Positions 39,401 to 52,800 of a DNA stretch of 64,000 nucleotides are shown here, one piece after another; the stretch's first letter is position 1, and every line of letters begins with the position of its first letter. Origin of the DNA: Sphagnum compactum (Eukaryota); assembly GCA_965153455.1 (NCBI GenBank), contig OZ234493.1:5270001-5334000 (forward strand), written 5' to 3'. Made by a program: the position numbers and the translations under genes. Under the pieces are notes generated by a model. That model made no database searches. It was not told where the DNA came from and saw only the letters and a list, made by a program, of their open reading frames with translations.

Positions 39401-40819
39401 TTTATTTAAATTTGTTGGCTTGTGCCAAGATTGCAAAGTAAAATTGAACCAATGAGAATATAAGTTAAGGTTTTGATGTTTTATCACATAGATAGCTTAG
39501 CACAAAATTTGAGCATTCACAGGAGCAAAATTAGTGCATTACTTTATTTTAAAATTTGGCTGAAAATCATATTTCACATTGAAAGAAATAAATTTTCCAA
39601 AAAAATCATAGAATAACAAAATTGTGCCTAAACCGAAATTCAAATGCCCAAAATCAACATCTCTCAATATATATTTATCATTTTCCATCCCCAGTTATAA
39701 TACAACATATTCAACTCAAATGGCATTCCAAATTCAATCATTCATTAGTTAAAATTTGACAAATTGTCAGGTCACTACCAATTTGTAGAAAATTTTAAAC
39801 TGAATTTTCTAAAATGAAAGAGACCAAAAGCAACTTACCCAATGACATGTTTTTGTTGGCCTGCCACCACAGGGACAGGGACTATCGCATTGGATCCAAC
39901 TTTTGGAAGTTTTACCTTATTAGAACCAGTTTCACATTAGGTGAACCAGTTTCTTCGGTGAAAGTGTTTAGACTGTTTAGATTGGAAGTGATTGTTTTGA
40001 TGTTCAGAGTGTCGACACAGTAGGTAAATGTACAACATCTTATCTATTGGCAGGGCGAGCATGTTTGTGATGCCTTGTTACAACCACTTTAGTGATGCCT
40101 AGGAAAGTTGAGAACTTGACCAATGGAGGGATTTGGGGAGGTTTAAGGACAGAGGGAATTTAATAAATTGATGTATTTCAACAATGGACAAACTCTAGGT
40201 ATTTTTCCAACCCATATGATTCAATGTACATGCAGAGAATGCTTAGGATGAAAGGTAGGTAAACCTTACAAGGAAAACCATTATAAATCATGAAAGGACT
40301 AAACACAGCAAGATCCCTCAACGTTTCACTACTTTGTGCAAATATTAAACGGTATTAATATTAAAGTAAGGGGAGAAACTAATTGGACCACTGCAAAATG
40401 CTCACCATGGTGGCATTTTAATGAATAGGTTCAAGTGGCGGTTTGTCGACATGTAAGAGGATTCTTAGATTTTTTACCTCTCTTTTTGTCTTGTAGTTAT
40501 TTTTGGCTAAACCTTCTTGTGGCTGATCGCCATTTTTGGTGCAACATGAGAAAATTGAAAAATAAAACAGTGCATCACAGGCTTGTCCCTAAATGCAAAC
40601 AAATAATCTGCGCCCAATGAGATTGTGGAAATAGGTAGTAATTCATTAGTTTAGCCCAAGTGAACTTATACTTACATGCTGCATGCAAATTGCAAAGAGT
40701 TATTAATAAGAATTAAAGTGACAGAACCTGGGTCACTTATTTACAAACAGGACCTACGTTTGACAAGGTAGGTCACGAAGGTGAACTCAGTTGGGTTTAC
40801 AACATTGACAAAAAACAAA

Positions 40820-41515
40820 CAGAGGTGCGTCAAAGAAATAGAGGTGAATAAATGACACAGAGGGTAGTAAAGATCAAATTGAGTAAAAGAATCAAAGAAA
40901 AGTAAAAGAAACAAAAGGTGAATAAATGAATCAGGGTTAGTAAAGAGCCAAATTTGAGGAAAAGAAATAGAGATGAGTAAAGAAATAAAGGTTAATAAAT
41001 GAAACAGGGGCTAGTAAAAATCCAATTTGAGTAAAAGAAACAGAGATGAGTAAAGAAATAAAGGTTAATAAATGAAACAGAGGTTAGTAGAAAAGACAAA
41101 TTTAAGTAAAAGAAACAGAGATGAGTAAAAAGAAATAAAAGTTAATAAATGAAATAGAGGTTAGTAAAAAATCCAAATTGAGTAAAAGAAACAGAGAAGA
41201 GTAAAGGAAACATAGGTTAATAAATGAAACAGAGGATAGTTAAAAGCCAAATTTGAGGAAAAGAAATGAGAGGAGCAAAAGAAATAAAGGTTAATAAATC
41301 AAACAGAGGTTAATAAAGAAAACCAAATTGAGTAAAAGAAACAATGGTTAAGAAAACCAAATTAAGTTAAAAAACCAGAGAGATTAGTAAAAAAAGAAAA
41401 AAGGGTGTGCAAACCAATTTGTGTAAAAGAAGCAGACAGACTGTGAGTAGGTAAATGAAACAGACAACCAAATTGAGTACCGTAAAAGAAAGGCAACTGA
41501 GAGGTTAGTAAAGGA
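40820..41515. repeat. Purine-rich ~75-bp tandem repeat (about 7 copies plus degenerate tail) directly upstream of LARP6
   Basis: aataaatgaaacag.gg.tagtaaa recurs at about 75-bp spacing from ~40845 to ~41300. Confidence 0.88.
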
Positions 41516-41685
41516 CGTACCTAGTACCTTCCTACCCACCTAACTATGAATTGGCAGCAGAACCGGGTTGTACATTGCTGCGGTTCGTGTGGCGATGGTG
41601 GACGGAGGAGGCGGGGGCGCCTGATGAGCTTTGCAGCGGGGTCTGCACAAGCGCGGCGGCGGCAGCGGCAACAGAAGCCATAGCC

Positions 41686-44600
41686 ATGGTGACTGTGGAT
41701 GGGCAAAGCCCATCTGTCCTACACAGGGCTGGCGTCCCTCTTTCCGCCCCTCATGGAACCACAACTCCACCCATGGACGTCATCCGACCTCGTAAAGAAG
41801 GATCGGCTGTAGCAGTGGCTGCCGCTGCTGTTGCAGCGTCGTCGTCGTGTTCAACTTCTTCAACTTCTGCAGCAACTTCAACAACTGCTGGAGCTGTGCT
41901 TAACGGGAATCCGATGCCGCTTCTCAGTAGAGCTTTATCAGGAAGCACGTTGAACGCGGAAGCGCCAGAGTTTGTGCCTAAGAGTGTTATTATGACTTCT
42001 TCTTTGTCTAGTTCGGTGCCAGGTCCTGCTGCGCAAGGGTTAGGGTTATCTCCCCCGATGTTGATGCAATCGCCCTCTTCTTTTCCACCCGTGATTGTTG
42101 CTCCTTTCATGGTACAGCATGCCGTGTCTCTTCCCACGCTTGGCATACCTGAAGCAGTAGCAACGTCGCCTGTTGGTGGAGATCTGGTGTCCGCGTTTGA
42201 CAGTGGAGCTATTTTCCTAGGGAAAGAACAAGATCAAGCGCCGCTTCATGGAGCTACGGGTGTTGTTGCCGCTGCAGCCGCAAAGCAGCCGGTGGTCGTC
42301 ACAGAGGAGCTGAAAGCGAAGATTGTTAAGCAAGTGCGATTTTTTAATCCATGTGGTTGTTTTCAGTGGTTGTCGTGTTGAGTGTTGTAACTCGGGAGGG
42401 GCTGCCTTTGGAAATACTACTAGTAGTAGGGTTTGTTTCCAGAAAAATTAAAAGCTGTCTTTTTTGGGGGCGTATGTATGTATGTATGCAGGTGGAGTTC
42501 TACTTCAGCGATACTAACTTGCCAACAGACCATCATCTCATGAAGTATGTAAAGAAGGATCCTCAAGGCTTTGGTGCGTGCTGAGTCCCATGGACTCCTC
42601 CAAGACTTGAACATCATTTCATCATCAGTGAGGAATTCTTTTTGGACTTATCGTGCACTACTAGAGCTGAACCATGTGGTGGTACTGGCAGTCCCGATAC
42701 CTGTGGTGGCATCGTTCAAAAAGATCAAGAACCTAGTAAAAAATCATGGGGTTGTGGCAGCAGCACTTCGGAACTCATTGCAGCTGGTGAGTTTGTAGTT
42801 GATTCCCTTAGCCTGGTATAACCCTACGAACCTTACCAATCTCTATTTTGCCAATCAGATGCAATTTGACCCTTGTTCACCACCAGTCTTGCTTTAGGTT
42901 TGTACTTACACATGGAATGAACTTAGAGGTATGCAATAGCTCCAAGAGGATATTGCTAGGTAGTGGAACTGGCTTTTGATATGGCAACAGCGTTTGATAA
43001 ACTGGGTGCTTGGGACTTTTGCAAATGTCAGGTGGTTAGTGAAGATGGGAAGAAAGTTCGACGACTGCATCCTCTACCAGAGATCGATCTTGAGGAAGTT
43101 CAGGTGAATGCTTAGTCTTTTCAAAGCTTCAGCACTTTCCTAGTTATGTTCATTTAACACGAGAATGGTTGGTGCAGCAGTTTGAAATGCACTCTTGGTA
43201 GCAGAAACTGAATGGCCACGAAAACCCTAACCTGTGCATATATCTACTGAATTTTCTGAGTGTGCTTGCCATTAACTGTGGGGAAACTTCTACTTTAATA
43301 ATCATGAACTGTTACTTTGATTTCTGACTGTGCAGGCTCGGACAGTAGTAGCAGAAAACCTTCCAATTGACTACTCAATTGAGAAACTGGAGGAGCTGTT
43401 TGGGAAAGTGGGGAGGTATATATTATCCTCAATCTCATCTTGGTTCAGTATTTTCTGTGAGAATGTTTTCATGCAGTGATTTGAGTCTGAATGTGCACTG
43501 GTTCAAATCAATTGTTCATCAGTCCTTGTTAATGGTTGTGTATTGGGTTTTGTAGCGTGAAAATGCTGCGAATCTGCCACCCAGAGGCACCTAATGGAGG
43601 GAACCAAACAGCAGTGAAGCTACCAAAATCTGATATGGTCATCAGCAACAAGGTTGGTTTCCCCATTCCCCTACTTCAAAATTCTGAGGCAATTGCAGTA
43701 AAATCATGTGGAAGTCAAGGGTGAAATAGCAGTTCTGGGTTTTGCTGGAAAGCAGCCGTAAAAGTCTATTAGAAAATATCAAGGTTTTCTGAATTGGGTT
43801 GTGCACCAAGGTATAAAGGAATAATTGCTGAGGGAGGGAGGGGATGGTATGGTAGGTAGTTGACACTGTAAATCTTGCTGTTGAAGGTGTGTGAATGTGT
43901 GTTTTGACGGTTGCTATTGTTCAAATGACTCCTCAAGTTCTGGTTTTGCTTAATGTTCTTTAGGATTAAGCTTCCTCTCCTTCATGCTTGCCGATATGTT
44001 GGTGTTATATAGTCAGATCTGAAATCTCTAACTATAACCTTAGTTTTGGGTCATCTGTCAGTTCTATTCAGTTTGACTTAAATTGTGAGTATGGAGAAGT
44101 CTCAGGAGGTAGTACTTATCAAGATATGTAGTTTGTCTATCGCTCCAAGATGTTCGCCACCTATAAGAAGTTGGTGTTGATCAACAGATGATAGAGGACT
44201 GTAAAGTCTTCCTTGGCCATGTTTTGTCATGCAGATTGTAACTTGAAGTACTCAAAGTTCTGCAGTCTAAATATTACTGATATTGTTCTTGTTGCAGCTG
44301 CATGCACTTGTGGAATATGAGACTGTTGATCTTGCAGAGAAAGCAGTACGTATCTGGTTACTCCATACAGGTCTACTGCTGTTTGATGTGGTAACTTGAT
44401 GTAATTCTAGGTGTGGTTCAATTTTGGCCCAGGGAACTTCACTTTCCTATCATTGTTCAATGAAATTATAGATGTTCCTGAATGTTCAGGTGGCAGAGCT
44501 GACTGATGAGCGTAACTGGCGGAGTGGCCTTCGTGTGCGTTTGCTGTTGAGACGAACGGTATATTTTTAATCATAGCCTGTCCATTTATGCTGTTTCCAG

Positions 44601-47388
44601 GGTTTTTTGACATTATGGCTACCTGCATTCTTATGTTGAAATTGATAGAGACTTGGAGAATTTCTGACATCTTAATTGAGAACGAACCTTGCTCTATGAT
44701 TCTTGTGGTTGGTGCAGCATGTGAGGCCTAGTTTAATTGTTCTTTTTCCTACAGGTACTAAGTTTAGAAGTTATTTTCTTAAGAGTCTCTTCAAGAAGCT
44801 ACTGAAAGAGGCCTTTACACATTTGGTCTTTAGCAGGAAGAGATCTTATGGTTTCATGGAATCTATAGTGAATGGAAATTAAAAGACTCTTGTTGGAAGA
44901 TTCAATCCTTGTCCCTTAACTTCCTTTTGGTTCTCAGGAGTACCTTTAAGTCATCAAGATCGTGAATCACTCAAGATCTTCTGCTGACAAGTCTTGCTCC
45001 CCTTTTGTTGCAGTTGTTTGGTTTCTCAATTCAAATCAGCCTGTCAGATTTGAAAGCTAGAATGAATGTTCTCTTGACTACAGTGTTGACAGGATGTTTA
45101 CATCCCTTTGTTTCAGTAATTGTTGGTTCAGAGGGTCAGCCCTTGACTTCAACTGTTTGGTTGAAGGATAAGCTAGGTCTATGGAGTCTCTACATGGCTT
45201 TAATGTGGCAAAAGATTTTGATTTATCTTTCTTGGCTTGATGTCATCATCAATAATTTGTTGCTCATACTTGGTCAATAAGTTTTTAAGCAGTCAATTTG
45301 CATCCCAATTGGTACTAATTCTGCATTCGTTTTAGTTAACTTTTACTGCTTCTCATATGAGTATAATTTTTGGATCAGTTATAATTCTTGTCCAGTATTT
45401 TTTTTTAGTTATCCCTCAGTAAGAAGGTTTGTTCATGATCTGTTAGTTCCTTTGATTGTCAATATCTCCAACTTCACGTGTCTAGATAAAGGCCCTATTG
45501 GCCATGGCATATACCCTGAATCACTATTGGGAGCTTAATTGTACTTCTAATGTCCTCATGTAATTTCTTGGATTCAGCAATATCCCAAGATTTGAAACGC
45601 TTAAACATTCAACTAGTTTGCAACCGTTTTCAACCAGAGTTTGCAGGTATTAACATGATTCATATGCCTCATGTGGATTATTAGTATATTTCAGATCCTA
45701 ACAAAATTTGGAGTATTCTAGATTTATGGGTTCTTAAGGCTCATAGCTCAAAGGTTTCTTGATAGCTCAAATGGTTAGCTTAATTGGTGTGCTGAAGAGA
45801 CAATATTACTCTTCAAAGTTTTCTTTGAATTGAACCAGAGGTTTTGCTTAAAAAAGATTGGTTTCTGTATGGGATTCCTACCTTTGGAATCTTCAAATAA
45901 TTACTTACAATGGTTTCTGGATCCTATTTGGGGAGATTTTTTGAAGCTCACTTTGTTCTCAAAAGATCAGCCTATTAAAGTTATGTCTTGTTTCTCTTTT
46001 TATCCTTTCTCTGTTCTTGTTTGGTTTTCTTTTTCCCTTGTCTTTTTCTCTTTTTTTAATCCCCCTTGGTCTCTGTTTCCTTACTCTTCTTCTTCTTTAG
46101 CTTTTGTTGAGTTCACAGTTGAGTTTTCTATTATTGCTGGGTCTTGTGACAGGAACTCAGTACATAGGTTAGTGTATAACATTGATCTCCACCCACTGCT
46201 GGGAGCTGTTGAAGTACTTGGGAAGTTATGGCAGCTGATCAATACCATAGATGTTGCTTTTGAAGGTTTTGGAACATGCATGTGACTGTTGCACTTCAAC
46301 CTGCTCTTCAATTATTGTTATTTGTTTCTCTGTATTTTAGGGTTGAGTTTTCTATTTCTCCCCATTTGCTAATACGCTGTAAGATCTTGAATCTCTGTAA
46401 CCTAGTTATCTGGTCATCTCTCATGTTCTCCTCTGGTTGACTTAAATTGTAAGTACGGGGAAGTTCTCAGTTCCAAATTGGTGCAGCATATAGCCTGTAA
46501 TTTGCAAATGGGGATATTATTTCTTTCTCCTCTGCCTCTAGTTAACCTGAGTCTTTTAAGAGATATTTCAGATATTTCTTTTTGTGGTAGTCAAGGTATG
46601 TTTACATTCTGAGTTCATCACTGCTGGGTGCATTGTGGTTCCAGAACAAGCATGGCAATCAGCATGGTCGATGGAAGGGAAGTGGAGAGGGTGCTGAAAT
46701 GGGTTTAGGGGGTGACGATGATGATAAAGCTCAGGGAAAAGGTGGGGAAGATCATGGAGCACAACAGGTTGATCAAAGTGATGAGGTGTGTACCAAATGC
46801 TCACTTCAAACTTGGAGCTGTTTTGTTTTTCTCAAACTCTGCAATTCTGCATTCAATGGAAGCCTTGTCTTACTGCCGCTAATTTCCTTTGAAAGCAAGT
46901 TTTCTTGACCATTCCTTTAAAATGATAACTACACTTCATGTGCTGGAAAATATTGCATCAAGCCCTGTCCTGTAAATACAACTATTGTGGCAATATCATT
47001 CAAACTATGTGGCTTCTGGTGCATAGGAAACTGGATGGAAATGGGCATTACTATTCAGATTTCTACTGCTCAAGAGGATGGCTCAGCCATGAAAGGCTCT
47101 CTGCAGGATGTACTCACATGTGGGTCTGTGCTTATGTTTGAATAGGGGAATGAATGCAGTAATGAAAGAGATGGTGGATCAAAGAAAGGAAGGGGGCATG
47201 GTCGTGGGAGAGGAGGCAGGGGACGAGGTCAGCATCATCATCAGCATTCAGGGACACCTCCTCAATCGAGTTTTTCATTGACATCTGAAAATCTTGGAAG
47301 GCCTCCTCCTGGACCACGTATGCCAGATGGGACTCGCGGTTTCAGTTTTGGCAGGGGCAGACTACTTGCTGTGAAAACTCTTGCATAG
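41686..47388 (+). CDS. LARP6: La-related protein 6, PAM2-containing (LARP6b/c type), ~524 aa
   Basis: Exons 41686-42333, 42492-42573, 42692-42786, 43032-43103, 43336-43415, 43556-43652, 44298-44345, 44490-44558, 46645-46785, 47146-47388. PAM2 (LNAEAPEFVP), La motif (KQVEFYFSDTNL), RRM (RTVVAENLP; HALVEYET; NWRSGLRV), C-terminal LSA motif (PGPRMPDGTRGF). The start could instead be 41773. Confidence 0.93.
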
Positions 47389-48929
47389 GATTTTCCTGCT
47401 GAACATTTCTGTGATCTCTTTTTAAACAGGCATCCATAAAGGAGGCTCAGCTGCGTTGCCCTTCCATCACCATGCAGCCTGTACTGTGACTGCTATCAGC
47501 ATGTTTCTTATCCATCAACAATCAGTGCTTGTACAGGAAAGTTCTCCTGTCATTCAGAATCGTTGTAAAGTGTCTCCCTGTAGTAGCACAACTAACTTGC
47601 TCTTCCACCTCCCTGCCTGTCTGTTGTCAGTGGTCGCTCTCCTCTTGATTGTTGCCTTCATTTATAAGTAGAGTTGGTGCACAAAACTCTCATCTCCATA
47701 TCTTTTGAACCCAAAGGTGATACTTGGAATAAACAAAGCAATAAATACTAATTACCTCAAAGGATCAACAGTGCATTGTTAGGGCTGTTCACTGTGACAT
47801 GCATCAGCCTACAATACTTGTTGCTCACAGACAACAGGTTTATTGACCCTTTTAAAAGCATTGCTTATAGAGTTGATAGTTTAGTTCTGTCCTGCAAGAG
47901 AATCTTAGAATGCCAAATCCTGTCTTCTATCCATTAATCTCTAGCTGCAGCTGGACCTAAGACTGTTGCCTGGCAATGGGATTCCAGCTGAATCAATACC
48001 AGCATGAGGTTTTAAACCATGCTGGCAACAGGTTTATAAGCTAGTGCTAATCAGTTTGCTCAGCCAAACATCTGCCTTTGTTTGCTTGATCCAAACCTAT
48101 ACCTGGTGCCCGAGGTTATGCCCTGCACTCTTTGGACCTTGTCTGCAGGAATGTTTTCGTGTCTTATTGCTCAAATGCTTGTTCACTTATCTTACTCATT
48201 ATTCAATCTGAAGTCTGTCTGTATTGTATTTTCCAATGTACTTGATCATGTGTTACTCAACAAGTCTGAATGTATTACCAACTCTCTACTTTAGGTTTGA
48301 TTCTTTAGATCCTTGATTGTGGAAGCTCATAATTTAGGTGTGCTCTTGATGTGATTTTTGTAACAATCCTTGAAGGTTTAAGAAGGGAGCAGTATGCAAG
48401 AATTACTACCTTGAAAAATATAGCCAGATCTAGGCATTAAAAAAATGTGTATTGGATGACAAAGAAAAGGAACATGAAATTGTGTGACAAAGAACAGGAG
48501 TTGGTGGATTGGAAAAGTGTGAAAGATGGAGGAAAGAAAGGAGATTGGATTTCCTTCCAAAAATTTGAGGGATCATTGGTCTGCACAAACCAAAAGTATG
48601 TTCAAGATCTCTTTTTGTTGAAGGTCTGCTGGGTGCCTGATGCTAATAATGTTGGGATGGTTGGTTAGTATCCAATGATGACTAATGCGGGTGAGTGAAA
48701 AGTGATAGTTGGGGTTGATTTTTTGGTTACCCAGAGAGCGCCATTTGGAGGTTGGGGGCATGGGTCCTTGGCACTCTAATAGGGTAACAGAGATTTCCAC
48801 TGATGGCCAATCAGGGTGCAAGCCCCCCACAAAGGCTGTTTTTTGTTGAGGATGCTAGGTAGAAATGAACCTGTTCCAAATATCATGTTGTCTCAAGATT
48901 ATACACGTTCTTTATTATTCTTACTAACA

Positions 48930-49165
48930 TGAGAGGGCTAAAGTGTCATAGAGAATGTGCAATTCTCTTTAGTTATCAAGTAGGAATCAGATGTAGGGCT
49001 AAAAGTCATAAAGAATGTGCAGTTCTCCTACTTATCAATTAGGAATCAGCTAAAGGGCTAAAAAGTCATAGAGAATGTGCAATTCTGGTAATCAAGTGGG
49101 AATCACATGGAGGGCTAAAAAGGCATATAGAATGTCCATTTCTCCATTAGTTATCAAGTAGGAAC
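48930..49165. repeat. ~60-bp tandem repeat x4 between the LARP6 and DDB1 3' ends
   Basis: agggctaaa...agaatgtgcaattctc...ttatcaagtaggaa at ~48934, 48995, 49054 and 49111. Confidence 0.88.
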
Positions 49166-49895
49166 TAAACACATGGAGAGCTTTCTGTCCCAATGATCCA
49201 TATCCCCAGATTCTGGACTTTCTTTGCCCCACTGTTTGTTGAGGAACTAGCTGTCACTTCCCTCAATCTTGTTTTCCTGTTCTTGCTGCTGCTCGTATTG
49301 TAAAACATTATCATAGCAAGAGCTGCAGCTGAAGCAGTTGGGATCCCTATTTCTGCCCACATTCTGAGCCAACTGAGTTTCAGACAGTAGATGGTATTCC
49401 TTGTGGTTCCAGCACTAGGAAGTCTCCATTGGTCACCCAGAATGACTGTTGTACCAGGTGTTACAAAAGTAATGACAGCCCGTGTGTTGTATCCTTCTTG
49501 CATCGAAATGAATATTTCAGCCTGTTACAGATTCTCCCCCTGGATCAGTGTGTAATACAGCTAGCTAGACTGAAGCTTGTTCTAGGAGGACAACAAAAAT
49601 GTAGACTCGACAAATAGGGAAAGTGAGAGATTCATCTAGAAGACACAGATCTTCTTCCTCTGATTGGTCAACACTGCAGCCTCAACTAATGAAACAGCTT
49701 GAAAATTTAACAGCTCAAGGGTAATTCCATTACTGCTTCTGTGGCAGTTACTGCAGAAGTGCAACTCCAAACTTTCTCAACTCACATAACGGCAAGGATT
49801 CGCGGTCAAAGATATGCAAGGCTAGACAAAGATAATCAGAAAAAATAGTAAGATATGCAATTACAGTACACTATAAGGAAAAGACTTCTATGTCA

Positions 49896-52800
49896 CTAAT
49901 GTAACCTTGTCAGCTCCTCTACCCGCTTGCAAAGTTCTTCTACAGGGACATCTAATGAAATGGCTATGTCCTCCATATGGGTTCTACTCAGGTCTAGGAA
50001 AGACTCAATCAAATCTCCATCCAGGAAGTTGTGGGCATCAACAGTTTTCCTTTCATTGCAAAATGAGCGCCATTGCTCATGACTCAAGTTCCCAACCCCC
50101 TTTATCACCTTCACCAAACATTGCTGCAATTTGTGCAAAAAGAGATACTGCTCTTGTGGAAGGGAGGCGACTACACCAATCACTCCATTGACTGTTCCAA
50201 AAATCACAGTTGGAATTTGACTGGCCTCACTGTCTGGAAGCCGCATGACCAGCGACCCATGCCGAAAGCGATTCACGAATTCCCCAAGATGATATTCTCC
50301 CACAACTTCAAGGCGGCCCCTCTCCTCATCTGTTGCAGCATCGCTGTTCTTTCTCACAGTGAACAGGTTGAAACTATTTTCTGCTCCCAGGTATGTGTCA
50401 TCATCCAGGATTTCAACTGCTGTCATCCAATTTGCATTGTAGTCCCGTGCACGCTCCTCTATTGCGCCCTCCTCAGGCTGCAAGATAGGACCAAACTTTT
50501 TTGTGAGAACATTCATTTATATTTCTGTATGCAACCCTCTGAGTTCTTCAAGTAGAAAGGCTACCAAGCAGGATCAGCTTTCATCCCAGCAATGTCTGCT
50601 GGAAACTTTGTAACATTTGAAATTCTTTACAACATATACCACAGAAGATTGCAGACAAAAGACAAAACTACCCATGAGCTGTTCAGCTCCTGTTTAAGGT
50701 CATGACAATTATGGCCTTCTATGAGATTCATCTCAAATACTTCCAGATTATGGTGCACCAAAAGTGTGAATAAAACACCAAAACTTTGAGTCAACAGTCT
50801 GGAAAGTGTATGTTATCAGTCAAAATTGCATGCCAAACCCAGCTTTTGTCACAAAATACTTCAGGCATCTTAGTGCTGGACCTTTTAGAAGGATAGGTGT
50901 AAGGTTGTGTGGGTCACAAAAGGACATGAGGAGAACAGAACCTTGTAGATGAGGAGGGAGATGGACTTCATCAGGTCTCCCACTACAATAAAATCACCAC
51001 GTGACTGTACATAAAGAGCCAAGATATGACCATGATGAGATGACTCATACTGCAACTCTCGTGCACCATCTTCCCGGAGTGTCCACTTGTACAGCTGTAT
51101 CTTCTGATTGATACCTGCCAGCAACTTTCCATTGAATGCATTAAGGTTATACACAGCTCCCTTAGCCTCTTTCTCTGTCACCAGCTGCAGTTTGCCATCT
51201 TCAACAATGAACACAAGTATCCGCCCCTGCACAAATTGAGCATCTCTTTCAGTGACTTGTATCAATCATTTTAATAGACTCAAATCAAGCTAGGAATCAA
51301 CTATAGAGGTAGGTGACCTTCAAAGCATGACAAACATCACTTGTGACATCAATCAAAAGTAAATGATTTTGAAATTTCCTTGGGAAGGTATAAGACAGAA
51401 AGTAACTGAGCATCCAGATGAAGAGCAATATTAACAACAATATTACACACAGGATAAGAAGCAGACCTTGCTGGGCTCACTTTCCTCTGGTAGAGCATAT
51501 GCAGTCCCAACACAATAGTAGGAGTTGAAATCATCAGTGAATGAGCAAGTAATAATGGAACACCCATTTTCATAGGGATCCAGTGCGAATGATGATATGA
51601 TTTCAAATGTCTGGTCTTCAATCAAGCGTATGTAGTGAGTTTCCATATCTTCTCCATTTGACCCCGAGGGAGAATATTTGGCAGAGCAGATTGCAAATGT
51701 TCGAGAATGTTCTTGGTGGCTGATACGGCATGGATGCTCACCAAGAGGGACTGTACGGATATGGAGCTTTTGAATGTCATCAATTGTCCCAATTGTAAGC
51801 TCTCCTTCCTTACCAATTGCCAAACTGAGCACCACACAGACAGGATTTGTTTCTGAGGGCATACATATCCTCACTCATATCTTCACCCTCCACCCTTTCA
51901 GTAGTTTGTTAAGATCGTGCCTCTAGTGACAACCCTGACAAACGACCCACTTTAAGAAAATGATGAATATGCTCTAGTTCCTGATGCAAAGAAGATGAAA
52001 GTGGCAAAGGAATGTGGATATGATCAGTATAGAAAACCCACCTGTCTGGAAATGATGCTGAATTGAAAGGGCACATATGGTTGACCTCTTTGAGGTTCAC
52101 ATTACTATATAAAAGTTTTTTATTGCTGCTGTAGATCACTGTAGGTCGATCAGAGGCTGCAAAGACATGTGTAGCATTCTTTGACCGGAAAGTGCGAAGT
52201 GCAATAGGTTGAGTGCCCAGAGATATCTTTTTACGGTCTGACAACTCTCCAGTGCTGGGTTTCAGCATAAAATTGAAGAGATGTCCATCTCCTAGAGCAC
52301 AGAGCAAGTATGCAATCTGCTACACATTGACAACAGCTATCACATCAATACAACTCCCTGCCCAGCTAAAGATGATGAAACACTTTAGTCCAAGACTTTT
52401 CTCTCTATTGCTGGCTTGCTAGATAGAAAGCACATCCCCATTGTTATCCAAGGGCTAGGAGTCAACAAAGCTGCCCTTTCCTTCTAATATGCTAATTGGC
52501 TATCCAGGGAGAATTGCTGTTCCACCAGATACCATCAAGGAAATTTTGAGGTCTTGTCAAAGTACCTGAAACACATCCATGGAGCATGAAAGCTGTACAA
52601 ATGTCTAACAATCTGGACATGTCTACAGCACACTTCTACCAATGAATGCAGTAGTTACTGTATATAGAAATAATGCACTGGCACTTACCCCCTCAAACGA
52701 ACAGAAAAGAACTGACCGCGGAATAACTTCTCCACCTAGGCTCTCCTTGGTGATCAATATGAGAGATGGAAGGGCAAAAATACGGACACTGATGTCAGTC

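Noticed and set aside
45830..46311. 151-aa and 76-aa ORFs in LARP6 intron 8
   Set aside because: T-rich intronic sequence, non-ATG starts, no domain.
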